NCBI RefSeq assembly: GCF_011386835.1
Contig: NC_088801.1
Span: 10,168,001 to 10,232,000, forward strand
DNA from: Chrysemys picta bellii
Lineage: Eukaryota
Length of the DNA stretch: 64,000 bases
Direction: 5' to 3'
Part shown: positions 50,527-62,920 of the stretch, piece by piece
Position numbering within the stretch: the first letter of the stretch is position 1
Layout: each line of letters starts with the position of its first letter
Notes under the pieces: model-generated
Told to the model about the DNA's origin: nothing
The model's database searches: none
Seen by the model: only the letters and a program-made list of their open reading frames with translations
Made by a program: the position numbers and the translations under genes

Positions 50527-51559
50527 ATAGGCTCCCCAATGTGTGGGGTGGAAGCTTATCATAGTGCTTCTACCTCAAACTCACACCGTTTGCAGCTCAG
50601 GGCCATCTCAACTTTGTATCCAATGTTTGCTTCATGACCTACTCACTATCCAGAGATTCCCACGGGGGATTAACTGAGACTAGAGCAACTGCCTTGCTTT
50701 GGTTGGCTGTACTTGCCCGCGCAATTACTGTTATAGCCTATTATGTTACAGTAATAATACTGTACATTCCTATTCCTCAGTCTCAGGCACTATCTGTAAT
50801 TACACAGTTTCCCAAATCTAACACTTTAGCCCCATCATCCTATTGCCAACATAGTCCTCTTATAGGCCTTATAAAATAGCAAATGCTGGCTGCGTTTCAG
50901 TTGCCATTCCTCAGTGACCAATAGAAACACCAACTTGTTTGTTTCTCTATTAAAATTGTTAACTACTGTTGAGAACAAGCCCCATTCATTCCCCTTATTA
51001 TGCCGCACTCAAGAGTTTTCGTCACGGCATTGTGTGAGTTCTCTTTCAGATTGTTAGTTTAATTAACAGTCCAAGAGATCATGCAGTTTTCAAAAAATAT
51101 TGGCTTAGCTGTAACATCAGTGACCTGGAAATTCATTCTTCCAGAGATAATGAACATGGCATCTTTCTGGAGAGCCTCCAGCAAAGAGGACAGAATAGGG
51201 CACTAGAAAAAGATAATGAGCCAACGATTAATGTTACAGCAATTGATTTCAAAAAGTGCATGGTCACTGGCTCTGAGAAGCGTCCCATTTTCCCACAGGG
51301 TTTGTTCCTATCAGTTTAAGAGACTACCGGATTTTTCCTACACAAGTATATGACAAGTATTTCTAGCAGGGTATCGATAGCTGGGGAAAACTGACTTGCA
51401 AATATTGCACAATTTCACTGCACAAATTGACTATAAATCTATTTTCTGCTGTGGTTCTCCTACAGCATTCATAGTATGCTGAATAAACGTCAAAATAAAT
51501 GGGGTCCAGATGTAACATGTTAGGAAACTGAATAGAAACTCATTACAATGGAAAGCTGG

Positions 51560-51620
51560 AAATCATAGAACCATAGGGTAAGAAGGGACCACAATGGTCA
51601 TCTAGTTTAACCCCCTGCCA
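51560..51620 (-). mobile_element. CR1 3' terminus fragment
   Basis: aatcatagaaccatagggtaagaagggacc...ggtcatctagt; similar pieces near 46042-46090 and 59178-59253. Confidence 0.7.
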
Positions 51621-52000
51621 CACTGCACTACATGTGTCTAGTGGCTAGAGCAGGGGATTAGAAATGAAGATTCCCTGGGTTTGGTTTCACAATCTGTGAC
51701 TCTGCACAAGTCTTTTAGGCTTTTAGCCATTTCTGTGCTTCATTTTACACATCTGTAAAAGGGAGAACATCTCACCATTAAAATTGTCAGCATTTTGCCA
51801 ATGTAGGTAATTAAGGTAACCCTGGTATTTGAGATACTTCATCCTGAATATCCCCATCTCAGGCAAACACTTTAGGAAGCCTGATCTGCTGTGCATATAT
51901 CTTGTGCTTGGGGAGAATGATTTGGCAGGGAAAGATCTTTCAAATTGTCCATCCCATCATACTCAGAGCTGATCTCTGTGAACTCCAGTGAGCACCATGG

Positions 52001-52198
52001 AACAATTTTACCAGGGGTTGTGGTGGATTCTGCATCACTGACGATTTTTAAATCCAGATTGGATGTTTTAAATCCGGATTGGATGTTTTTTTAAAAGATC
52101 TGCTCTAAGAATTATATTGGGGACATTCAATGGCCTGTGTTATATAGGAGGTCAGACTAGATGATCCCAATGTTCTCTTCCAGCCTTGGAATCTATGA
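52001..52198 (+). mobile_element. CR1 3' end with internal 20-bp duplication
   Basis: gttgtggtggattct...ggaggtcagactagatgat...ccagccttggaatctatga; unit ttttaaatcc(a/g)gattggatg duplicated at 52046-52085. Confidence 0.85.
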
Positions 52199-53075
52199 AA
52201 AAACAATTTGGATTGACTGATAATGCTAGAAATGGACTTGAGATGCAAAATTTGGATGCAGTCTTGCATCTGGATTCCACTCGCCAAAGTTCTAGGTGTT
52301 CATAAATGGTAGGTTTTTTTTGGCCCAGCCTGTTTTGCAGATAAGGGCCAAATGCAACATTTAGATCGGGATCGAGTTTCAGATTGCAACCCCCGGTTTA
52401 GGGTAGAGTGACCACTCTTGCATTCTCAGCATACCGGACATTCCAGTACTTCCAGGAGTGGCATGGGCTGTGTATGCACCATGTGGATGCCATTTTGAAG
52501 CGCAGGCTGCTCCACCCCTGCCAGGGTGACCTCTCACACAGATGCTGGTAGTGGCGGAGCAGCGTCCTTCTCAAAATGGTGTCCCCCATTTGATACTGGA
52601 CAAAACTATGTCCAGTTTTATCTCAGTACTGGATGGGCAACAAACCAACCATAGAGAGGACTGTCCAGTTTAAAACTGGATGAATGGCCTGCCTAGTTCA
52701 TGGCTGTTTATAATTTTGCCTCAGACCATGGAAAGTGGGGTTTCTTTTCAAAGGCTCGCATAGGAGTTAGGTGCCCCATTGATCTCCAAGGGGGATTGGG
52801 TGCCAAACTGTCCTGTGACCCCTTGAAAATCTCCCTATATACAGTGTGTGCCACTGAATACATGTAAATGACACATTATACTTACAGTTGGGGGGTAGGG
52901 GGGATGGATGGTGCATGGATGCTTATGTGTTTGTTTTATGCTACATACACCCTGGGCCCAATCCTGCTGCAAGTGCAACTCCTGTTGAAGTCACTGGGAG
53001 TTCTCTGCTCAGGAGGAGGCCCACAGCCATATGGCACCGGGAAGAATTCCAGATTTGGATTCTAATGTTTTACAG

Positions 53076-53158
53076 TTGTGTTTATTGCTGGAAGTGGAAT
53101 GTACAAAAAAACTCCGCCACGAGGGAACATCTTACTCGAAGTTTGCCAGTGCATTGCG
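53076..53158 (+). CDS. SLC15A2: SLC15A2 exon 8 (VVFIAGSGMYKKTPPRGNILLEVCQCIA)
   Basis: Acceptor gttttacag, donor GTGAGC; 83 nt. Confidence 0.95.
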
Positions 53159-54010
53159 GTGAGCTTGTTTCCATCCCATCATTTTCATGCACAATTCACA
53201 GGTTGTAGCATTGTAAAAGCACATTTTCATTGGGGTAAGTTTTGTATCCTTTTTTATATAATAATGTAATCTGGAGATATCGGGGAGCCAGGAACACCTG
53301 GGTTCTGCTCTTGGTGGTGCCACTGATGAGATGTGAGGAAGGGAAACTCATTTGGGGACAGATCTTGACACCCTTCCTCATGCTGAATGGTGCCTTACTC
53401 CACAAGGCGTTCTCCTGAGGTCTGCGGGATGACTTGCAGAGTGAGGATGGTAGAATCTGACCCTTACGCTCTCTGAGAAGAAACTCTGAAAAGTCACAGA
53501 GTGGCTGAATCACAGGTTAATTTTTCTTTTTTGCTGTCCTGTAACTTTTCCAAAGTTGATGAGTTCAGCAGAGAGCAGTAGTACACGTGCCCACTAACCA
53601 AGCTCAGTTTGGTATTGTTATGGTGGGCGTCACCAGTGCACTGTAACGCATAGGTTCACTAGTCCTTTTTCCTGGCATGCAAGCTGTGTACAGTCTTTGA
53701 AGAAATACTGGATTGTTGTTAGTTTTGCCATATAGTTTCTATTTGGGGGAGTTGTTACAAACAGCCAGCATTTTCCATCTGCCTTAATCTCTCTAACTGG
53801 AGTCAATCCTTGAGCCAGAGTTGATTCCTGGGAACAGGCCATTGGTTTCTCAAGGACTGGTGTAGACAGTGCAAATAAACAAATCACACGTAGAAAATAC
53901 CCACTTGTCCTCCGATGGGAAACCAAGCTGCAAGGCCCTGAAATCAGAGAAAGGGACAACAGTTTTAATCTACAAACCGGCCTGCAGGAAAACAGAGGAA
54001 TGAAAATTCT

Positions 54011-54266
54011 GGCTATGTCTTCACTAGCACTTTTGTTGGTCAGGGGTGTGAAAGAAAACCACACCCCCGCCCGACATAAGTTACACCAATAGAAGCACCG
54101 TTGTGGACGGGAGATACTCTTGCGCCGCTCATTGGGGGGTGGTTTAATTTTTCGGACCGGAGAGCTCTCTCCCATCGACATAGAGCGGCTACGCAGGGGA
54201 CCTGACAGCGGCACCGCTGCAGCACTATAGCGGTGCCACTGTAAGGTCTATAGTGTAGACATAGCC
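54011..54266. mobile_element. PIF/Harbinger-type MITE
   Basis: TIR GGCTATGTCTTCACT / AGTGTAGACATAGCC; 3-bp flanks TCT/TCT. Confidence 0.82.
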
Positions 54267-55241
54267 TCTGGCTGTGAAGTTGCTGTAAATAATGAGGCAT
54301 TTATTCCTTCCTGCCAGTGGTCAATTTAAACTGTGCTTTTTAGAAAAGAAAAATAAATGAAGTGATGTTAATGAATTTCAAATAAGAAGATTTTTCCTGT
54401 GACTGGTTTTAAAACAAGTAGGAAATGATCTTGGTGGCTGGTGTCACCTTTGCCTTTGAGAGATAAGAATAGGATGTAGCTGATCCTCTTAATCAGACCA
54501 GCATCAAAAGAGGAGTCCCTGAGAGAATCACTCACAAAGAGCCTATCCTGCAACCCCTCAATTCCCGCTGACTTCAGTTGTGAGCATCCCTCAGGAGATG
54601 CCAGTGACTCCCAGGACCGGTCCCAAAGTAAAGAGATTGGGGGAAAAAATACGGTGATAGTTAAAAAGAGGAAGGGATTCAGAGGGTTGTTTAGTGGGAG
54701 AGCCAATGGATGGGAGCAGGACATGAAGAGGGATAATACCCAAATGTGTAATATTGAGGAGAAGGGCAGATCTGGGGCTGGAGTGAGCATTTGAGGGGAG
54801 GGAGTATAGGAAGATGCAGGTAGATATTTTGAGGTCAGAAAAATATTGAGTGACTTCATGTGTTATGTTTCCACATGCAAAGGACAACCATATCAGTTTG
54901 ATTTAGAAAAACTGCAAAGCTAGAAAAATCTCCATGGGGGGAGAGAGAGAGAGAGAGAGCACACTGTGTGTGTCTCCTGTGTAACATGAAGCATCGACTT
55001 TGCCTGGCAAAAAGGCAGCAAACTCCTAGGAACATAGAGGCACAGAACAGAGAAAACAAGATTGCATAGTTTCTGTGGCTGCATAGACCATACCTTGGAG
55101 GTTTGAGAATGATGGGGGGGGGGAGTTTTGATCTGGAAATTCTACATGGACAGGGGGGATGAAAGATGGGATGAGGGAGACGGTCTAACTGGTTGACATA
55201 CACAGAAGTTACCCCTGTTATTCATTTGTTCTTCCCTCTAG

Positions 55242-55328
55242 TTTGCTATTACAAACCGGCTGAAAAATCACTCCAAACAGATTCCAAAGAGGGAGCACTG
55301 GCTAGATTGGGCATCAGAAAAATACTCA
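55242..55328 (+). CDS. SLC15A2: SLC15A2 exon 9 (FAITNRLKNHSKQIPKREHWLDWASEKYS)
   Basis: Acceptor cttccctctag, donor GTAAGT; 87 nt; HWLDWAxEKY motif. Confidence 0.97.
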
Positions 55329-55946
55329 GTAAGTGATGACTTACATGTAAGTGACTGAGTGTCTGGTTCTTTGATCTGGCATGGGCTGGCTGGTGTCTTG
55401 GGTTCTTGGGCTGTACTAGGGTAGCCTTAAAGGGACACCTTGAGTCAAGCTGTGTGTCTGAGCCTTTGAGCAATCGCCAGTACAGATGAATTTTCCCGTA
55501 CACTGAAATTAACACTGAAATTTCCCCTTACACTGAAATTAATTAACATTAGTGAACTTCAAGATGGAAAACAAATGCAGCACTAAAAAGCCATGCTGCA
55601 CTGAGCACTACACAGCATCTCCAGGACATGAGTATCTCATAGGGCCTATGTATATAAATACTGTATATATTTGGTTGTCTCTCCCCCCAGCCTCTCTTTA
55701 TTACTTGCCTTCCTAAATTGTAAATTCCTTAGGACCTGGACCATGTCTACCTCTGTGTATGTCCAATGGGATTGGAGATTCTGGGGGGCGGTCTGTAATG
55801 CAAATAGCGCAAGTAGCATGTATAAGTATGATAAATATTTGACACACCATTCCTTGGAGTTAATTAGGGACCTTCACACATGGGGACGGAAATTGTTGTT
55901 AGCTGTTCCACCCCCATTTTATCTTTCTGTTTTTTTCTCTTAATAG

Positions 55947-56036
55947 AAGCAACTGATCAATGAGATTAAAATGGTGACACGAGTTCTCTTCCTGTTTATC
56001 CCACTGCCAATGTTCTGGGCTCTCTTTGATCAACAG
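55947..56036 (+). CDS. SLC15A2: SLC15A2 exon 10 (KQLINEIKMVTRVLFLFIPLPMFWALFDQQ)
   Basis: Acceptor ctcttaatag, donor GTAAAG; 90 nt. Confidence 0.97.
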
Positions 56037-56483
56037 GTAAAGTATAACAAATCACAGACATGGTTATTGTGCCAGATTCTGATCTTGGTCATGCCAATGT
56101 AAATCTGGGGTAACTCCATGGAAATCACAGTGCACTGAGGGCATCAGAGGTCTCATCTTACCACTAGATATCTGCTTGCCTTGATGAGGCAGCACCTGCC
56201 ATTCATGGTCATCTGGCTTTCAATCTCCTGCTTGGTTTCTAGGATGGGGTGGGTGCCAGAGGTGGTTGGAAAGAAGGTGCCATGCCTATAAACAGAAGAA
56301 AATGAGGGCTGAGAGAGAAGGGAAGCAGAGGTGGGAGAAACAAGCAGAAGAGATACTGGGAGAATGACTGAAGGAAGAGGAAGAGAAGTCAAGCCCCTCC
56401 AGCACTCACTTCTCCTCTGTTTCCTTATTCTCCCATCCCTCAGAGCACACCAGGGTTCTTACAATGGTCTGTTTTGTCCTTAG

Positions 56484-56528
56484 GGATCTAGATGGACTCT
56501 GCAAGCTACTAAAATGAATGCAGACTTT
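56484..56528 (+). CDS. SLC15A2: SLC15A2 exon 11 (GSRWTLQATKMNADF)
   Basis: Acceptor tgtccttag, donor GTAAGT; 45 nt. Confidence 0.95.
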
Positions 56529-56962
56529 GTAAGTACTTAAGATTACTAGGGATTATAAAACTAGTAGTAACCCTGGCTTTTTGAAATTAATTGTTCACAA
56601 TAGTTAAACCTGCTGCTTTACAACCTCGTAAGAGTTGCACTTTTATGGATTAGAAAAAATGTTGAAGATGTACGTACCAGAATTCATAATGATCATGAAA
56701 CATTATGGAAAGAAGTGAGGACTAGTAAACTAAGCCCAGCCCTGCGAGCTAGGACTACTTGAGTTCTACTTCTGTGACCTTGAGCAAGTCACTTAGCTTC
56801 TCTCCCTCAGGTGTAAAATGTGGGGATGTTGTGAGGATCTACTAGTTAATAAATGTAATAGATGTAAATTGCCAATGGAACAGCATTCAGTCAAGTATAA
56901 ATGTGTGTAAACCGGCTGGGTAAGGATTTTTTCATACAGGGCCCCATTTACAGAAGTGTATG

Positions 56963-57140
56963 CAGTGTTTAATTTGTAATGAAAGAGGTGCCGGGGATCA
57001 AGCAATTAGGTGCCAGAGTTCAAACAGTTTTTTACTTTCACATCTGATACAGAAAGCCCAGAGGGGCTGGGGCTATGAACGGCTAAACCAAGAGGTGCCG
57101 GATCTCAGCCCCAGCAAGTCCTGGCACAAATTACGCACTG
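56963..57140. mobile_element. Short hAT-like MITE
   Basis: TIR CAGTGTTTAATTTGT / ACAAATTACGCACTG (13/15); TSD not clear. Confidence 0.6.
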
Positions 57141-58851
57141 TATGTGTGTCTTATAGGCCATCCAGATCTTACATGTGGACACTCAGATCAGTACTTAGGC
57201 ATGTAAATGGCCATCTTCTTTGTGTAAATTCGGATTTAATCTCCAAAGTGTGAGTCCTGTTATATCACTCACATTTGAAGATTGGGCCCATGGCATTTGT
57301 CACTTGTTAGGTAAATCAGTCCAAGCAAGGCATGAAAAGATTGCAACTCTGTATTTTATACTGTGAAAGGAAAGTCAATGAAAGTTCACACAGCCCTTGT
57401 GACTGGTAACTAGAAACACTGTAGTCTCTGTGTTTAGTGATACATTAATGAAACATCTAAGAATCGACAGAACTCCTTTACTAAACACTCTCTGGCTGAA
57501 AACATAACTGTTCTTAGCATTTTGTCCCAACAGTTCCTATGGATTTTTGGCTCATGTATCAACCTGTCCCACTTCCTCTGTGCACATCAAGGGCAAACTG
57601 TCTCTTTAAGGTCTCCTGGCATTTCTCTTTGTAAAATCCCCCTTGCTTTCTCAGTCAAGCGTTCTCCTTCAGTAAGGAGTGAGCATTAACAGGAGAAAGG
57701 AAAGTCAGATCTGTTCCTGTGTGAGCTGAAATATGTAGACTCTTATTTACTAATGCCAAATTAGCACACGGTATACAAACTGATGCCACCGCGTATTTAG
57801 CTTTGTAACTGTTGTGCACTGCAATTGTAACTCTCCCAGATTCTGCTGTCTGCAGAGACAGGCAGCCATTTTGCACTCGGCTCAGTGCAGACTCTCAGAG
57901 AGGAGACAAAAGTGTGTGGTGTTCTTTCATGGAGATTTTACTTTTGTTCTTTCTTGGGGGGGGGAGGTTCGTCTCTTAGTCTAAAAGGAAAGTCATTCTG
58001 ACTGAAAATATCTGTTTGCTCTTTGTGCTCAGAGAAACACCTGCTGCTGGTGAAATGCATACTTCCTCCTCTCTGGAGACTGCCAAGCTATCCCCTTCGG
58101 GCACTTATTCATATCCCTCACTCCTAAAAATATTTCCAAAGAGTAATTTTTGGAGTACTAGGTTGTACAGCCCACTCCCCCTCAGTGCAGCGTTCTATCC
58201 CCGCCAATGGCATAAGGGCCTCATAGCCAGGTAGTTGAGCCCGATACAGCCTCGGCTAACAGAGTTAGAGGCTCATGCTTTTAGAACTAGGGCTCTACCA
58301 CCAGGAGAGGGGGACAGAGCACCATGTTGAGTGGGTGTGGGTTACAGTTGTGCCAAATGACAGTCATTGTCCAGAAATGGGCTTAAGTAAAACAATCCCA
58401 CAACCATATTTTGAAGCTGCCCAGAGTTTGGGAGCATTATGTGGCAGAGTTTTGGCTCATCCCATTATGGATGTAGAGGGGAAGCTCAACATTTGGATCC
58501 CAATCTGGATTCCAAAATACCCATTCTTCTTTCCCTACCAAGTTTAGGGCTGATCAAATCTGGGGCAGTAGCTTCTAGTGTTATCAAAACTTTTCCAGGG
58601 ATCGGATCTCCCCCAGTTGTCCTCTCTCCAGGGATTTATGTTCCTTCTGCAAAGGACTCAGTTCAAACACCACATCCTTAGAAGAGAAATGGCAGGGAGA
58701 ACACAGCATCCACCACTCAAGCAAAGGTAAAGCACCCGAGAAGACAGTTCAGCTACCGAGGTCTATATTGTGGGCGGTCTGCTTAGTTGCTAGCAATAGA
58801 CATGGTATTATGTTGTGTTGACTAATCAGTTTGAATGTCTGTTTATTTCAG

Positions 58852-58884
58852 GGAGGAATAGTCTTTAAGCCAGACCAAATGCAG
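58852..58884 (+). CDS. SLC15A2: SLC15A2 exon 12 (GGIVFKPDQMQ)
   Basis: Acceptor tttatttcag, donor GTAAAA; 33 nt; PDQMQ motif. Confidence 0.93.
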
Positions 58885-60384
58885 GTAAAAGAACCCATAG
58901 GGCAAATTGCACGGTCCTTGTAAATGTGTTGTCTTTCTTATTCATAGTTCACTCTACACTCACAGCCCAGTCCTGCTCTTATTAAAGACAATGGCAAAAT
59001 TCCTACTGACTTTAATGGTGCAGGATCAACTCCTTAATTTTGCTATGTATTTGGTGAAACGTAGTCCTCTGGCCTTAAAACTCCCCTTAGAGCTGCAGGG
59101 GTTTTCCTACTCTGCAGGTGAATTCTGTTGACTAGCCATGAGTTCCTGTAAAACAAGGGACTTCCGAGGGAATTCCTAGAATCATAGGAACATAGGGCTG
59201 GAAGGGACCTCAAGAGGTCATCTAGTCCAGCGTCCTGCTCTGAGGCAAGACCAAATGATTGTGCTGCAGCCATGTTATGCTGGCATAATACGGGTGAGCA
59301 CAGAGGGTTTTGCTAACCGGTGCAGAGTGGCACAGCCAGCTTTATCCCACCCCCCAGCCCAGGAATTTCCAATGCAGGAAATGTGTCAAGGGCATGTCAG
59401 TGTGGGCTGGGATTGGGGTTTGGAGGAGTGCAGCCACGGCTTTTCTCTTCCCTGACTGTTCTCTGTCGTCATAATGGTTCCTTAGGGTCTTTGCAGCCAG
59501 GGTACAAATTAGGGTGGGCCTCTAAGCTGCTCCAACATGCACTGATGGTGGAACCACCCCCCAGCAGCCCCTGCATAGAAGAGGCACAAGCCACCTCTCC
59601 TTTCTTCTGGTCCCTGGGGTGTGCTCAGCATTGCCGGAAAGAGAAATTCTCTGTCCTTTCCTGCAGGGAAGGTGGAATTTTAAGGCTCCAGGACTGTGCA
59701 GTGCAATCACAGCTGATTGCAATAGTTTTCGGCTCTCTAGGGGTGGCTGAACTGCTTCAGAGAAATTCAAAGTCACCTCTTCCCTGCAATCTTCACTCAA
59801 AACTCAAGCTGAATGTTCCTTGATGTTTGTTCCCCACAGCCATTATTCATTTCCCTGTATTTCCATTGCTATTTGGCAGCACGCACACAGATGTCCCAGC
59901 AGAAAAGCTGCTCCCATGAGACTTCTGAGCAGACTGGAAACAGTCTGTGTTGGAAATCTCACAAAAAGAGTCTGTTCTCATGAGATTTTTAACCCTATAA
60001 TGAAGACCCAAGATTTGAGCATCATTGTTAATTAAACATCTCAGTTATTGAGTTGATTCCCTAATCAGAGCTCTGAGCCTTTGGAAATTCTCCCATCTCT
60101 GTTATTAATGCATTTCTTTGTGCACTTTAAAAATGTAGTGCCTCAGTTTCCCCATTGGTAATACTGGGCTCATAACACTTATTCGCCTTCTAGGGGTGTT
60201 GTAAGGATGAATATATTCATGTCTGTGAACCTTAAATGGAGGAAGCTTTGGAAGTGCAAAGTATGATTATATTTTTGAGTGTTTATTTGCGTCATTCCTA
60301 TAATGGAATTATTTCTGCTTTATGAGTTTAATTACTGTAAATCGCTTTGTATTGCCTAATCTCTCCCATCCATTGGTGCTGCAG

Positions 60385-60473
60385 TTCTTGAACCCACTCC
60401 TGATTCTGATCTTCATCCCAATTTTTGACTTTGGCATCTACCCCCTGATCAACATGTGCAGATTTAATTTCAC
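60385..60473 (+). CDS. SLC15A2: SLC15A2 exon 13 (FLNPLLILIFIPIFDFGIYPLINMCRFNFT)
   Basis: Acceptor ggtgctgcag, donor GTAAGT; 89 nt. Confidence 0.95.
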
Positions 60474-61614
60474 GTAAGTATTTGGGGCAGTGCATACTGC
60501 CAAATTTTTATTCCTTTGCAGCTTCCTTCTTCCCCCCCCCCCCCGAAAAATAAGTTTATACGAGATTGGGTGGACAAGACACCTGAGCTTCCATTCATTC
60601 CGCAACCTATTCTTGCTTCTAACTTAGCCTTCTGTCCTGCATTTGTCAACATCACCAAGCTAACACATAGTCCATGGACGTTACAGAGGGAAAAGAGCAA
60701 TTAGGTCAGCTCTTCCAGTTCTGCACCAGGGGGTTGTTCCCTACTGAGGGTGCAGAATTGTTCCAAACTGAGCATTCAGTAGGGCTTTGTCTAGTCCAAT
60801 GTAACTGTCTCATGTAACAGGGATTCCCCGAGCCTTGGAGGAGTGTCCTAGGCGCTAGCAGATCTCGTTGATGGTGGATTTTCCCCAGCAGTCAATCTCA
60901 TCACTCCCTTTCTTAATTTCATCCCACAGCTCCTCATTGCACGCTCTTGCACTACTCTAAATAATTGACCTCCTGTTTTAGGGCCTGATTGAGGCTTTCC
61001 CCACTTTGGCCCCTCCGGGGAGGAAGGGAGCTAAACTCATTAGCAGTCCTTGTTCTCAGGAGTCTTCCATTGACTTCGGTGGCCCTTGGATCAGGCCCTC
61101 AGAGAGCAAGTTGCTTGTGTGAGCAGAGCTGGCAAGGTGCAATGAGAACAAGAAGCTGTGCCCTCTTCCAGAGTGGTGTCATGGCCACACTCCCCCATGC
61201 GCGCCTCAGAGAAGGAAGCATTTTACTCTCCTGAGACATGGTGTCCTGTGGAGCGCACACTGGAGCAGCACTTCTCCACCCTGCCTCAAAGGGCCTTACG
61301 CTGGCAGAGCTGACTGGACATCTAGCCACATTATAACCAGTTCTTCGTCCATTCCACTCATGAGCCCTAAATTCACATGCAGATTAAAAGTTCTGCCACA
61401 CAGCAGGGACCAGAGAAAGCTCCATACTCCAGACCAGGGGTAGGCAACCTATGGCACGCGTGCCGAAGGCGGCACGCAAGCTGCTTTTCAGTGACACTCA
61501 CACTGCCCGGGTCCTGGCTACCAGACCGGGGGCTCTGCATTTTAATTTAGTTTTAAATAAAGCTTCTTAAACATTTTAAAAACCTTATTTCCTTTACATA
61601 TAACCATAGTTTAG

Positions 61615-61698
61615 TATCAGAGGGGTAGCCATAGACGTCTGATGAAGTGGGCATTCACCCACGAAAGCTTATGCTCCAATACTTCTGTTAGTCTTAAA
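61615..61698 (+). mobile_element. Penelope-like element pLTR fragment with short inverted 5' extension
   Basis: TATCAGAGGGGTAGCC (antisense end) then ctgatgaagtgggcattcacccacgaaagcttatgctcc...aaaggtgccacaggaccctctgt; imperfect 13-bp duplication AAC(C/A)ATAGTTT(A/C)G (61602-61614, 61699-61711). Confidence 0.85.
61635..61674 (+). ncRNA. Minimal type-I hammerhead ribozyme motif (PLE-associated), intact core
   Basis: acgt-CTGATGA-a-GTGGG cattca CCCAC-GAAA-gc-TT-atgc: CUGAUGA and GAAA boxes, 5-bp stem II, AGCU palindromic stem III; activity not shown. Confidence 0.7.
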
Positions 61699-62920
61699 GG
61701 TGCCACAGGACCCTCTGTAACAATAGTTTCGTTATATATTATAGACTTATAGAAAGAGACCTTCTAAAAACGTTAAAATGTATGACTGGCACACGAATCC
61801 TTAAATTAGACTGAATAAACAAAGACTCGGCACACCACTTCTGAAAGGTTGCCGACCCCTGCTCCAGACCCTGCTCCATCTTAGTATTATACTGTATCTA
61901 AAAAGAATCCTCTAAAAATAATTCTGAATTAAACTCAGTCTCTTTCCCTCTCCAAGACACGGGTGCTGACACACCAACGCCCTGTCTTACACTTCCATCT
62001 GCGAGCGCGATGCAGGGTCCCCAGAGGAGTCCACAAGGCTGCAGGGGTCTGGATTGCTAGATCCTAATGCAGGATCAGGGCCAAAATGGGGTCATTTATT
62101 ACAACAGCATAAAGAGTCAACAAGAGTTTTTTGTTACACTTAACTGAGAGACGGGCTCAAACTTGAAAATTTGGCTTTATAGCTGGAGTTCCAGCAGCCC
62201 AACATTCAGAAAATTTGGGTCTGGGGCCATTTGCATTATTTGGATATGGATCCACATTTGGATTTTGAACAGCCTAAGCATCCAGAGTTGTTTTGGTTTG
62301 GGTCTAGCGCTAATTTAAATATTCAGCCTGGACCTACTTCAGATCTCACTTTAACTGGTTCCACATCAGTATCACTCCTGTGACTCCAGGGGTGTTACTC
62401 TTGGTTTACACCAAGTACAGTAAGCCCGGTCTGAATTTGACTCTAAATGTATTTGCATGAGAAGTAACAGCACAGATGATGTAGCTGGTTGGAAGTTTTG
62501 ATGATGTGAACTATATTTTTGTTCTTGAAGTCTGCAGCTAAATAGCCTGCTACCTTTTTTGTCTTTCCCCAAAAGGACTTGAAGATAGATCATTTGTGGT
62601 GCTTCTTCCAACATTACAAGTTAACATAATGCCAGAATCTATTCCCACTAGAAGAGCTCGGAACAAGATAATATGAAACTTGCAAGCAAAGAGCTTTTTT
62701 CATGGCATATCAATTTTAATTGGCCTCAGTGCTGGTCTTGTACTGTATAATAGAATAGTTTGAAGTTAAACGATTGTCAATTTCAACAGCACATCATCCA
62801 CAGTGCCACCTGTTTGGACAGTTTAATATATGCCTTTGGAATATCTTTGACTCTGAGGGATGGTATTACACATTTTACATTACACTTTTATTAAGGAAAT
62901 CTCTCCCATTCACTCTGCAG

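Larger units (their letters stand above)
61435..61861. mobile_element. Non-autonomous hAT MITE carrying a nested PLE fragment
   Basis: TIR CAGGGGTAGGCAACCT / AGGTTGCCGACCCCTG; perfect 8-bp TSD CTCCAGAC (61427-61434, 61862-61869). Confidence 0.92.

Noticed and set aside
53550-53650. TGATGA (box C-like) at 53557 in intron 8 as a snoRNA
   Set aside because: No box D (CTGA) or terminal stem at a suitable distance
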